Shown piece by piece: positions 27,063 through 40,071 of a stretch of DNA of 64,000 nucleotides (its first letter is position 1; each line of letters starts with the position of its first letter). The stretch is taken from NCBI RefSeq assembly GCF_023055435.1, contig NW_025964334.1, positions 35,898,001 to 35,962,000 of the forward strand, in the 5' to 3' direction. The stretch is from Haliotis rufescens. Lineage: Eukaryota. The notes beneath the pieces were generated by a model, which was given only the letters and a program-made list of their open reading frames with translations, was not told the DNA's origin and made no database searches. Both the position numbers and the translations under genes were made by a program.

Positions 27063-27730
27063 GTAAGAAAGGTACTATCAGACTTCATTATTTTACTTTT
27101 TCTTTCCTATATATACTCACCTCATGACAATGCAGCCTGTGGGGTCATAAAAAGCACCTCAATGGATCAGGTGGTCAGGCTCAGTGACTTGGTTGAGTGC
27201 GCATTATTGCACCCCGACAGCTTGGATCATTGCTCACAATATCGATCACTGGATTGTCTGATCCAGACTAGATTATTAAGAGGCCGTCGTCATACAGATG
27301 GAATATTGCATGTTGCGTTAAAGAACAGACACACAAAGAATCTGATATCTTGATATTTTGGCAGTGTAGGCTGAATTGAAATCGGGGGTCAAAGTCGTAA
27401 CCAAAAAGCTAAATGTGAAGGTTCTGGGGATCTGAGATACACAAACTACATCATCGGGAATTTTATTTGACAAGTTAGTCTTTAAAATACCATCTTGAAT
27501 TCTACTAATTGTGTTAACTTAAGTACATTTTGGTAATTATACTTAACCCTCCTTTCTTCCTTCTCTCTCTCTCTCCCCCCCCCCCCAAAAAAAAATAAAT
27601 AAATAAATAAAAAGACAAACAAACAACAAACACTTGGTCTTGCCTTAAGTGCCATAAGCTGGGGAAATACATTTTTTTTAAAATTATTATAAATATTCTA
27701 ATAACATCTTTTGTTGTGTGTCCTCCACAG

Positions 27731-27999
27731 CCAAGATAGAGAAAGGGAATACGCCAACTAATGATGGGCCTCACAAGTCTCCCGGGTCCCAGCTTCCGCC
27801 ACCGATGCCTCCTGGTGGGCAGACGAAGGCGCAGCAGATCCAGATGTCGATGGAGCCGCCGTTCATGCAGCAGCAGAGCCAGATCTTCGTTTTCTCCACC
27901 AATATGGCCAACAAGGCAGCTGAGTCTGTGGTCCAGGGGCAGTACAAGAGCATGCTAGACTTCCACCTGGACCAGGCCAACACAAAGAAGTTCCTTCAG
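27731..27999 (+). CDS. BCL9: BCL9/Legless exon encoding HD1 (Pygopus PHD-binding)
   Basis: tcctccacag| acceptor (phase 1) and CAG|gtaagg donor (phase 0). SQIFVFSTNMANKAAESVVQGQYKSMLDFH matches human BCL9 HD1 (VYVFSTEMANKAAEAVLKGQVETIVSFH). Confidence 0.95.
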
Positions 28000-28001
28000 G
28001 T

Positions 28002-28538
28002 AAGGAGGTGTTGGAATCTAAGGGGATGGGTGACATGGAATAGGAGGTGTTAGAATCTAAGGGGATGGGTGACATGGAATAGGAGGTGTTGGAGTCTAAG
28101 GGGATGGGCGACATGGAATAGGTGGTGTTGGAATCTAAGGGGATTGGTGACATGGAATAGGAGGTGTTAGAATCTAAGGGGATGGGTGACATGGAATAGG
28201 AGGTGTTAGAATCTAAGGGGATGGGTGACATGGAATAGGAGGTGTTGGAAAATTGGGGGATGGGTGACACGGAATAGGTGGTGTTGGAAAATTGGGGGAT
28301 GGGTGACACGGAATAGGTGGTGTTGGAATCTTACTGGATAGGTGACACAGATTAGGAGGTGTTGGAATATTGGGGGATGGGTGTCACGGAATAGGTAGTG
28401 TTGGAATCTTAGGGGATGGGTGTCACGGAATAGGTAGTGTTGGAATCTTAGGGGATGGGTGACACGGAAGGTGTTGGAATTTAAGGGGATGGGTGACACG
28501 GAATAGGAGGTGTATGTACTAAGGGGATGAGTGACATA
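28002..28538. repeat. G-rich minisatellite, 39-bp unit, ~14 copies (BCL9 intron)
   Basis: Unit AGGAGGTGTTGGAATCTAAGGGGATGGGTGACATGGAAT. Confidence 0.95.
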
Positions 28539-28727
28539 CATCCGTTTTCTTGGAATCAAATCCACTACAAGGGAAGTAACTCTTTGTCAGTGATCAATGA
28601 TTCCAAGGTAATTGTCAGGAAATCTTTAAGATTATTTTATCTTCAGACCTCAAAGATTTTATATATATATATATAAAATATATTTCAGTCATTATATATT
28701 TAAGCTTGTTTCATATGTCATGTTGTT

Positions 28728-28992
28728 AAGATCCCGGTTAGAATAGGTCTTCAGCAACCCATGCTTGTTGTAAAAGCCGACTATGCTTGTTGTAAGAGGC
28801 GACTAGCGGGATCCGGTGGTCAGGCTCACCTGACTTGGTTGATGCATGTCATCGTACCTCATTTGTGTAGATCCGTGCTCATGATGTCAATCACTGGATT
28901 GTCTGGTCCAGACTTGATTATTTACAGACCGCCGCCATATAGCTGGAATATTGCAGAGTGCAGCGTTAAACAACAACAAATAAACAAAACAA
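28728..28992 (+). mobile_element. Family C copy ending ~45 bp before the BCL9 terminal-exon acceptor
   Basis: Match to family C. Confidence 0.85.
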
Positions 28993-29037
28993 ATCATATC
29001 TCAAGTGCCTAAACTGTTTTTTTTGCATTTGTTCAAG

Positions 29038-30879
29038 AAGCACCCCTTGAAGCCAAGTCAGTTTGGCCGAGGCTCTGTGATGCCCATGGGCAACATGCGG
29101 AACCCCAACCCCAACATGATGAAGGCACAGGGCATGGGAGGATTCGGCCCCAATCCTGCCTCCAGCATTGAACAGTGGGTGCAGCAGCAAAACGCAAACC
29201 TCAAGGAACAGGGCATGGGGATGCCAATGAACAGTGTGAACGGGCCGCCTTTCCCAACAAATAACCCACGAATGATGGGCTGGCAACCCAGCCAAGGAGG
29301 GATGGGCCCCAACTATCCCATGTTCTCCGAATTCGATGAATTCAATGCAGTTAACCACATGAACCTTTTGCAAAACAAAGTGCCAGACGAAAGCTTAACG
29401 CCACAACAGCTGCAACGACGAGAAGAACATTTGGCAAGTTTGCGTAAAATTCAGCAGATGTTGTTCCCTGATCAGCCTCGAGGTCCCGGGGGGCCTCAGC
29501 AGCATCAGCAGTTCCCGCCCGGTCCGGGGCCAGGACCGGGGCCGGGGATGATGCAGGAAGGGATGGGGATGCAGGGTGGCATGTTCCAGCAGAGCATGAT
29601 GTCGCCGCACGGGATGATGTCGTCACATCAGGGCATGATGTCCCCCAACCAGGGAATGATGGGCTCTCAGCATGGAATGATGACGTCTCAACAACAGTTC
29701 ATGATGTCGCAAGGAATGTCTCAGTTCGGGCCAGGTGGGCCCCCACCTCAGAACAATTTAAGCCCTGCTCAAAGAGAGTGGCTGCGATTGCAGCAAGAAT
29801 TTTATAATGAAAAGCGTCGTATAACAATGAATCCAAACATTGATCATAATGGCCCACCCCCACCATATTACAGTTCGATTGCTCATAAACGACCAGGAGC
29901 TATGGGGATGAGTGCATCTACCTCGCCTAATATGAATGGACCTCAAATGCATGGTATGGGCACTGAACAGGAGATGGGTATGTTTCCGAGGCCACGGAGG
30001 CCATCACATCCACAGATGGATCCCGGCCCAATGATGGGGGGCCCCGGATTCAGCCCACCAATGCCCCCTCAAGGGGCAGGTTTTGACTCTGGCATGATGC
30101 CTGGTAGAGGTGGGCCAGGTATGATTCCACCATCAGTGTCTCAGATGAAAAATTCTCAGATTTCATTACATCGAGCGGGCAATCCTGAACAATTTCAGCC
30201 GGAATTGGCACCGTCTGGTCCACCAGGGCCTCAGAAAAATAACAAACCTCCGCCCAGTTATGCCCAAGCTCAAAAACGAAAAAGAGACGATCATCTCGAG
30301 GATCTATATAAAAACTTACAACCCACACCTTCACCTCAGCAAATAAATTATCTGAATCAGTTTGAAGGGCAGGAATTGACTATTACAAAACAGTTGAACT
30401 CTGCATATCGTGATTCAGGCATACCCAATGAATCGCAGCCCCCACACTTACCAAATCACTTCCAACAAAATCAAGTGCATTCGCCTATGCATGGACCAGG
30501 CTCAAACAAAGGACCCATGTCAAACTCTAGCCAGAACTCTAGTGCTGGGCCATTATCAAGCCCAGGGCCTATATCAGGTCCGTCCCCCCTGTCTGGCCCC
30601 TCTCCCATGTCTGGTGCTAACATGAGATTATCACATTATGATCCGCCATCCAACAACAGCATATCTAGTGCTCCAACCACTCCTACAGCTAAATCGTCCA
30701 TGTCGAATATCACATCAGCAAGTCTTGCCAATTTGGCAAAAGGCGTGGAACATTTGTCAAACCAAATGCAACAAAATATGATGCAAGGTGGTCCGTTTCA
30801 CAGTATTCAGGTACAAGGACAAATGAACAATGGCAATGGTGGTAATGCCTCTCAGGGGGGACCTCCTCAGCAGCAGCAG

Positions 30880-30911
<32 letters not shown>

Positions 30912-32451
30912 GCAACTACCCCTTCCTCCACATGGTCCTCCTCATCAACAACATCCGCAACATCCTCAACATCCTCAACAACATCCGCATCAACATCCAC
31001 CACATCTGCATCCTCAAGGACAACCTCAACCTCCCCATCCCATTCAACAGCACCAGCAGCATTCAACTAACACTTCCAGTATTGCGCAAACAACAACTAC
31101 TCCAAGTGTGAACAATACATATGTCAATGCAACCATGTCCATTCAGCAATTGAACATTCAGAGTGTGAACGCGCCCAACAATCCTGGTGTGGGCAATTAT
31201 AACCCTTCCATGCAGGTTCAGCAGATGAACAGTGAAACGTCTCAGATGAACGTTCCCGGGGGACCGCAGGGTCCCGGAGGGCCCATGCAACCTCACTGTT
31301 CCCCTATGTCCTCAGGGCCGTCCATGTCACAGTCACAGATGATGACGACTAGCCAGTGTCCTCCATCAATGGGGGTTAAGGCACCTCATTTCTCAAGTCC
31401 CAATCATCCCTCCGCGGGTGGAGGTCCCAGCAATCCAATGATGGGTCCTGGGGGCCCAGGGAGAATGAGCCCATCGAATTTCCCCGCCAGCTCCGTGGGC
31501 AATGCAAATGTCCAGATCCAACCCAAAGCACCCAATACTATCCAATATCTACCAGCAAATCCACCAGCTTCACAACCCAACATGGGTGGTCAGAAGAGAC
31601 CTGATTTGGAATTTATGCAAAACTTCTCACCACCACTCACAAACATAGAAGCGAAAGCTCCAACATCGACTTTGCAATACTTTCCAAACAATTCTCCAAC
31701 ACACAGTGGCCGACCAGGAATTCCTTCCCCTTTCTCACACCAACAGCACATGGCCATGCAGCAATCAATGATGATGCGAGAACCAAATCACGAGTTCCCT
31801 GGCATGCCTGGGTCTCGACCAGGACCTGGCATGCACCATCCATCAGCAGGGATGTCAGGCATGGACGGGCCCCAAGGTCCAATGGGGCCGATGGGCCCAA
31901 TGGGTCCCGGTGGGAACATGCCGCCAGAGGCCATGATGAGCATGGGGGGACCGGGAATGGGTCCCGGAGGGCCGGGGCCGATGCCTGGAATGAACCCCGG
32001 ACCTCAGGGTCCCATGGGACCTATGTCGCCTATGGATCCACGCAGTCACATGGGCAATGGTCCGAATCCTGCCTACATGCCCAACGGACAATCGATGATG
32101 AGCCAGAGTATGATGCAAAGTCATATGCAGATGCAGGGGCCCGGACCCGGACCCGGACCTGGTGGAATGCCTAACATGCCTATGCAGGGTCCGGGGCCTG
32201 GCATGCCGCGACAGTCCAATCAACCCATGGGAATGCCAGGTCAGGGGAATCCATCCATGCCAGGTGGTCCCGGATGCCCCGGGGGACCAGGAGGTCCTGG
32301 CGGGCCGGGCTATAACGCACAATATCAGCAGTTTCAGCAACAGTTATATTCTCAGAGCAGACAGCGACAGATGTCTCCAATGGGAGCGATGATGGGGAGT
32401 CCTGGACAACCGTATATGGGCATGATGCCAAATATGCATGGGCCTACATGA
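29038..32451 (+). CDS. BCL9: BCL9/Legless large terminal coding exon: HD2 (beta-catenin-binding), HD3, long P/G/M/Q-rich disordered region
   Basis: About 1137-codon open frame after the polypyrimidine tract and AAG. HD2 PDESLTPQQLQRREEHLASLRKIQQMLFPD (~29380-29472) matches human PDGLSQEQLEHRERSLQTLRDIQRMLFPD. HD3 SPAQREWLRLQQEFYNEKRR (~29761-29820) matches human TPEQIAWLKLQQEFYEEKRR. Stop TGA ends at 32451. Confidence 0.96.
30868..30915 (+). repeat. Coding CAG/CAA repeat (poly-Q, 16 residues) in BCL9
   Basis: Directly visible; followed by a PQH/HPQ-rich tract. Confidence 0.9.
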
Positions 32452-35400
32452 TAAGTGAGTGTTGTGAGAATGTGTGGGTCAACGTGTGGCAGGGCTGGGC
32501 TGGATACCTCACCAGTGCTATACATGTAGATCAATGGAGGTGTTTGGAGGTGTCGTTATCCATGTGATCTCATGAGTGTCCCATTATAGCCTGTCTACTT
32601 AGCAGTGAAGCCAAGCTTATGTTTGTGTGTGTTCACCTTAAAACTCAAAAGATACAGTGATTGTGTGTGATGGACTAAGTTTTGCTCAACTATTGTGCGA
32701 CTTCAAACGTCTTGCTTCTCGAGACAAGTATTACACATATTTGCCAATATGTGCTGGATTTTACCAGGACCTGTGTGGGATACCTACGGAGGAAGATAGT
32801 GGGGAAGAGTTATCTCTCCTTGTTTTGTTTGACCGACTCCCAAGCGTGTGATATTCCTACACCAATGAAATCTTTGACAGTGCAATGATGATGCCCTTCA
32901 TAGTTTGTAGGAGTATGTAACCTGGCCATATTTTGCTGAATCGCCCCATAATGGAACAATTATGAGCTTGAGATAATATTTTTGTAAAACATAGTGAAAT
33001 TTGTTGTTGACAGCAATTTGACAAGATGGCTGTGACTTGTGTTTTTGCGTTCTACCATGCATATCTGCTTAATGTTTGACATACCTCAATGCCAATGTCC
33101 GCCATTTTGTTTTCTGTCTGTATGCTAACATGCTGAATGTGGATTCAGAATAATAACGAACTCTAGCCTATCTCAGGGCCAACATAAACCATTCGCTTTA
33201 ATGGATTTGTATCAAAGAATTAGGATTTAGATTGTACCAAATCTTGCTGGATCTCAAAGTGCAATGTGATTATTTTTGCATTATTATTTTTTCCAGGAGG
33301 TATTGGAATTGCATAATCGTATGTTTATTGGAACTAACACTATTAACATATCATGGATGGAAAGTAATGTACAAACAGTTCAATAATATCAGAGTAATTT
33401 AGATGTTTAGTTTTGTCAAACATGTATTGTATGTCATGACATCAACAAATCAAATCTTATCAAGAATAAACAGCTGGGGTTTATTTCTAGGAATACTCTT
33501 GTCAAAGAAAACATGTTGAAATGTGAAGTACTCCTTATTTAATTTGCATTTTAATGAGCATGAAATTCTTTAAAAGAAGTACTGGTTTTGAAATATTTTT
33601 AAGCAAGAATTAAACTGCTTAGCTTTGTGTGTGCTGATATTAAGTAAGACCTGAAAAACTTTTTGATTATTTATTTTTCAAGTATGTTTTGTTTCTGTTG
33701 GGGGTTGGTAGGTCTAAAACAAATCAGCTGGAGTGGTAGGATGTGCCTTCCATTTCTTTCATTTGCAATATTCTGGTAAATGGGTAATAAATTTAATATC
33801 TTTTTTCTTTGGCATTTGAAACTGCATCCTAGACATGTTTCAGCCAGTGACTTTGTGTTCTTACTGCATGCAGGTGTTATTGACAGGAGGGTCACTAGAT
33901 TCAGCTTGGATGGTGATAGACAAGGACTTGTGTGTATCTTGCAATATCAGAACTATCCTGTTTTTCGTTTTCGATGTTGGATCATTTATGTACTTGCTAT
34001 TGACTCATTCACTTGAACCACCTCTCAAAATGATTTGTCTCAAACCTGCTTATCTCAAAGCCAGATTGTCTCGAACTCACTTATCTCAAAACCAGTGTAC
34101 CGGTATTCCAAATCTTTTGTGTCCCTGTTAAACCAACGGCATCACTTGTTTTTTCGTTGGTTTATCTGCAAATGTTGAGTGTCTCATATTGTCCTCTGGT
34201 CCTGTCCTTTATGAGATACAGCCACCCACCACTCTCCATGCAATCTCATGTATCAGATATTTCACCATTTTCATGGTTAGGCCACACTTTTTTAATTTTG
34301 TGTTTCACGGATTTATTCAAGCTTTTCCACACAAGGCCGGTCAAAATAAAAATAACATAAATATGGATGTCTATCATTTAATTATTTATTTGTCATTCTG
34401 CCGTTGAATTAAAACTGCAGTCTTTTTTAATCACTGACAGTGGGCATGGAATTTATGTATAACAATTTTTATTGTATGAGGGGGTCTTTATTACTAGGAG
34501 ACATAATGAAAATAAATATTTTTGTGAATAATTTATCTCTTGACCGGCTACTTCTTGGAAGGGGCAGAGGGCCCATGAAATGGAAAAATAAAAAAATGTG
34601 TGGCCTTGGAAAAAATAGGGAAATATTCACAAGTTTACAATGAAGATAATTATTTTAGTATTTTCCCAGATCATATTTGAATGCCGGTGAAGATATATTT
34701 TCAAAGATGTAAATTGGTCGATTTGGTTTTCATCTTTTACAAATGGTCTCTTCTTTCATAGCAGAACAAGCATTTTAGATTGAGAATATTAGCTTACCAT
34801 ACCTTGAGAAATGTTACAATTCCAGATACGAAGTGTAACACTTGGATACAATTCTGTGTTTTGAATGGGATCATGGCCCTAACAATCCTCTTTTAGGACT
34901 CGTATGATAAACTTGATGGGTTAATTTTTAAATTAATTTCTTGTTTTTTAGACCAGCCATCTCTGCACAGGCTTTGGGAAACACAAATTTCAAACATACA
35001 CCTTATGTCACTTTTCAAAACCATTGGCTGTGTTCAGAGGAGGTAATCAATATAAGCACTTCCGGTAGAACATCTTTCAATACTGAGTGTCAACCAAATT
35101 CTCCATAGTTATACATACCAACATGTGTTCACGATATTTTAGTCGTTTTACCACATAATTACAGACTACTATAAACGTTGCACTTCCAATTGCAACATCG
35201 CTATACAAGTGCAATAATCTTAAATGCGACATTAAACCCAATTTTGCCTCACCAACACTAACCTGTAGAAGTTTTAAAGATTTTTCCTTCATATCAGCTG
35301 TTTTCTAAAAAAATTGAACATTTTCTGGGTTGGGTGCTTGTCCTGATCCACAAATGTTTTAGAGTGCTGGGACAGTGAAGTCTAGTTGTGATGGTCATAT

Positions 35401-36313
35401 CATTACAAATTTAACTTGTCGATACGGGACAAGCCCTGTTAAACAAAGTCATCTTGGGGCTATGATTATCAATATTGATATGCTTCATCACGGACTTATG
35501 ATAGTGGTAGCACCAAGATCACTATCTTCACCAGGCCCTTGTCTTCAAGTATTCTGATTTGCGCGACACTGTTGACGCTAACTGGTGAATACAGACATTG
35601 CTTGTGTTATGACAATCGTTGTCTCAATATTGACTTTGTGTCGGGGCAGATTTTGAAGTTGGTATTAGTCGTTATAAATGAAGTAATTACAAGAGGTGTA
35701 CCTGAACTATTCTGCTCAAAAGATGTTAAGGAACACCTGATTCCTTCATTTTACTATAGTTAGTCTGTCATGGCAGATTAACTGCAGTAATATGAAAGAA
35801 TCGGGGCTGTTTAACTTTTTTCAAGTAGTATATATAGGGAAGGGTTATCATGATAGCAGCTAAAGCATCATAAGGTTAATTTCGTGGCTACCAATATTTC
35901 CGCTTAAGTGGCTAGATTATATAGGTAATTTAACTAATATTGAAATAGAGAGAAAAATGGGGGGGTAAGAAGAATGTGATGTGTCAGCACTTTCCGTCTT
36001 GGAGACATACAGTACTTGCATCTAGTTGACTTTAATTCTAGCAGTAGTGTTGTGGTCAACCTTCCTACGTCACTAAGCAGCTGTTCAATCCCAGCATAAC
36101 AGAAAGCAGTTACAGTCTCTCGTATATGTGACAATGTTTGACAAATCCATTTGTGCCCTGTTACGCCTGGTGAGACCTTGAAAGGAGAGATCATGTTTTG
36201 TATTATAATGGTATAATATTTGGTGCAATATAAATCAAATTGACTTCAACCAATAGGTTAATGTTTAATAGTTGTTTGGTCATTGGGGTAATCAACTCTC
36301 GTGCTTTTTATAT

Positions 36314-36443
36314 GTACCACTCAAAAGAAGTTAAGGACCCCATTATTCTTTTATATTACTGTAGTTGGTTTGTCATGATATGACAGATTACCTATAGTAA
36401 TATGAAAGAATAATGTGGCCCTTAACTTCTTTTGAGTAGTATA
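36314..36443. mobile_element. Short palindromic Tc1-like MITE (~125 bp)
   Basis: TIR TAC(C/T)ACTCAAAAGAAGTTAAGG with internal inverted arms; related copies at ~11026-11150, ~35707-35832, ~53177-53291 and ends at ~1842 and ~2980-3033. Confidence 0.75.
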
Positions 36444-38242
36444 TGAATACTCTACCACATTGAAAAGGGATTTCATTAAGTTTATTGATGAAGTACAAGC
36501 GTTTATTAAGTACTAAAACATATGTGTATAATTTCTAAAATATGAGTTTTAAGAATCATCTTCTTTTTTTTCATCAAGTTCAGCAGATTGGAGTTAGTTT
36601 TACTTACAGAATATGTCATCAAGATCTCCTACTCACGATATGGAGAATTATGGATAACAACTTCTATATTATACAAACACAGTGTTTCAGGGCTATTTCT
36701 TCCCCCTTCATCGTTATGTATGTATAATAAAGTAGTTGTTATCTTGTATAATAAAAAGTTTACCCATAATACTTCATGTCGTGACTGCTTCCAACTTGTT
36801 TTTGTTTTAAACATTATCTTGACATAAATGGTCATTTGGATTGGGCAAAAGTTATCCATTTTCGGTGTCCCTCTCCAACTTCTACATGCCTGTGAAGACT
36901 CAATCACTTTTACTGTTCTAACAACTAAATACACCCATTAATTACGGTAGAGTCTAGCAACACAAGTTTACTCTTCTTCCCAATGGCATCTCATAGTAAC
37001 ATGACATGTGATATTGTCTTGAGTTATCTGTCATGAAGTGCCAAGTTGTTCCACTTAGACCTAGTGTGCTATGGACATTTGCATGACCTTGTTAGAAATC
37101 TGGCCCTTGGTAAAATACTCATTCAGACTTATCTTGACAAATTGGTATTTTGTCTGTTGAAGTGAAACCAAATATCACCCAAAGGACAACGAAAAGATTG
37201 TTTTGATTAATGTGTGTTCACATCATGTTTTTATTTGGGATTATGTTTTGAGGAACTACCTTCTTTCTTTTTTTGTAATCTGATGGTTCTCTACCAATGG
37301 CCAAGTAGCTATTTATGCATGCTGGATTCAGTGTTGACCTTGAACTATATACTGCTGCTTACAATGGGTAAAACTACTTTTCTTTGGTGATCTTTCATGA
37401 GAAACATGGTTCAAACATTTTGGATAAATTTACTTTATCTTCTAAATCATATTTCATAGAAACTATTTTAGAAATATTTATAATTTAATTTGTAATATTT
37501 AAGAATTATTCATTGTCATTAGAAATATTTTGATGAAAATCTCCTTTTAACTTCATCCTGCTCAAATCTGGATAGATGTAGAGTTATCCAATCTGTTGAA
37601 TGGCCCGTTTCTGCTCGTCATAATGGAATATTGTTAAATAACCAAATATTACTCTTGTACAAATGACCTTGTGGTCTTCATCATACCTGAGCTAGGAGTC
37701 AGTGTTGACTAATGGTCCCCATCTGTTGTGTTCAAAGGGGCGAAATTGTTAATCATGTACTACGTATAAAATATATATATATACATATTACATCCATATA
37801 TTATATGTACATAGAGTTGTGTACAGTTGTAAAAACAAGCTTAGATAGTTGATGACAGAATCTCTTGAGAATGTTGCCGGAGATTACTTGTAGCTGTGCT
37901 AAATAGTTACCAACCATAGATCCCTATGTTGTTCCCACATTGAAAATGGCTGATGATGGTAGTCAGTGTCTGCTCTGTTCTTGTTTTAACAGCTGGTTCT
38001 AACGATTCTATTTTTGATAAATTTTCTATATTGTCGACCGCTGTCTCCCATGCAGGGAGATGATGATGATGATGTTATGATGATGCCTGTACAGAACTTT
38101 TATAAAATGAATGCCTTACTAATCGGGTGTTTTCGTATGTCAACTGGCGGATAGTCAGGGGACTGACGTCTGCAGAACGTAGAAATTCTGACTAGTAAAA
38201 TTGTTTAAAATTGTTTTGTCCTTGTGTTGTTATTGGACCATT

Positions 38243-38465
38243 GTTTGTTTGTTTTATGCTGCTCTCAGCAATATTCCATATATATGAGGGCAGTCTGTAA
38301 ATAATCAGATCTGGGCCTGACAATCCAGTGATTCACATGAGCATCAATCCACTATATTGGGAGACGATGACATGCATCAACCACCCGATCACCGATCCCG
38401 TTATTATGAATCTCTATGACCAGCAAGAGTTGCTGAAGACTGTTTCTAACCTGGATCTACATTGG
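38243..38465 (-). mobile_element. Family C copy (diverged)
   Basis: Reverse-complement match. Confidence 0.7.
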
Positions 38466-39000
38466 ATCATTGAGGACTGAAGATCAACAACTACAGTATT
38501 GAAGATGATGAGGTCAGGATATGTACACACAAAGGTGGAGGACACTAAGTTTCAGTGGGTAGCTATGCTGCTGATTTACCATGAATAGGAATCAGATAAG
38601 GGGCCGATCATTTTATATCCTGGAGGGGGTCCTGGGATTTTGTATCCAGATTAGATTTTTTTTAGCTTCAGCTGCAAAACCAGATATTACTTTTTTTTAA
38701 ATTCAACTTTGAGCCTGAATTCTTTTTAAAGAAAAACACCTGGCAACAATGAAACTGCAGTCAATTCTTTTCTTCTTTTTTTTAAAGGTCTGGAACATAG
38801 TTATATATATTTTTTCAAGATTTTTCAGGGACAATATTTCGTTTTTTGGATAAAATATGGTCTGTCCCTAAATCAATGTTATTTAATTTATGGTAAAAAA
38901 AACCCAGCTACAACAACCCAACTCACAAACCAAACTTTATGCTTGTTACAAAATGGATATACCTTAACTTTCCTATTATATTCAAACTACATATACACAA

Positions 39001-39143
39001 GGCGGTGGGGTAGCCAATTGGTTAAAGTGTCCTTCCCAAGGCTGGGTTTGATTCCTCACATGACAACAATGTGTGAAACCCATTCTGTGTTCCCTGTGAT
39101 ATTGCTGGAATATTGGTAAAAGCCTGAATACCATACTCCCTCA
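39001..39143 (+). mobile_element. SINE family A copy (diverged)
   Basis: Sequence match to family A. Confidence 0.7.
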
Positions 39144-39704
39144 CAACATATACACAGACAGTTCCCACCAGGCAGTCCCTTAAGTAAAGGGGGAGTTGCC
39201 TCTGAGCAGTACTGTAGCAATGATGCAGGGAGGAAATAGTATATTGTGTAGCTGTCAGGATCAGATATAGAGGGAAACATCCTTGAAGGACCTTGATTGC
39301 AGGAGTCTCCACTTTATTGTAACTGTATGATGGTGAAACACACCTGTACTCTGGAAACTGAAAGGTACACCTGGACATGGAATCAAATGTCTATATTTAA
39401 AGCAGTTTTCTTCCAAACTCCATGTAACACTTATTTCTGATGCTCATGGTAGCCTTGATATGGTCTTGGGGTAGAGGGTTTGCCCAAAGAGCGGAAGGTC
39501 GGGGGTTGGATCCCTGACCCACGTTGAAAGATGGTACTTGTTACCCTGCTTGGTGCTCCATTAAAACGCACGCACACTTATCTTGAACGCCGTCTTAATA
39601 TTGCTAAAAGCGGCGTAAAACCATACTCGCTCACGCACTCACTCTGTCCGGAGAGCGAGATTCCAGTGATTCATAACAACATGTATTAAAAAAACAAGTT
39701 TCCA

Positions 39705-39812
39705 GGGACCCGTTCCACAAAACGCTTTAGCGCTAAGACGGTCGGAATACTTTAACATAACCTTACGATAGTCGCAGCGCTGTAGCCTATAAGATCACTG
39801 TGCAGCGGGCCC
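39705..39812. mobile_element. Possible decayed MITE (GGG.CCCG termini, Harbinger-like)
   Basis: GGGACCCGTTCCACA...TGTGCAGCGGGCCC; related end at ~40360-40410. Confidence 0.35.
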
Positions 39813-40071
39813 AGATATTTGTATGGATTTGAACCACACCATTAGACGAGGACGAAAAGGGGATGTTTTAAATGTATTTTGGAAATGGGGACTGCTTCCA
39901 GTCAAGGGAGGACTTTTGGGAGGGTCCATCTTATATCTCCAGCCCACTCGGTGCAATAGGACCCAGAAGATGTCAGCGTGGGACCAGATTATGTCGCCAG
40001 ATAGACCAAATTCAAAAAAAGTATTGAGGACAAATCAAATTTTGTTGTAACATTCCGTTCATGTGTTTATA

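Noticed and set aside
27863-28565. Repetitive ORFs (SMSPIPLDSNT...)
   Set aside because: Translations of the 39-bp intronic minisatellite.
29005-29037. ORF-track start of the 1148-aa BCL9 ORF (and GTG start of the kinase ORF at 46088)
   Set aside because: Non-ATG starts: 29005 lies in intronic polypyrimidine sequence and 46088 is mid-exon; both ORFs are entered by splicing.
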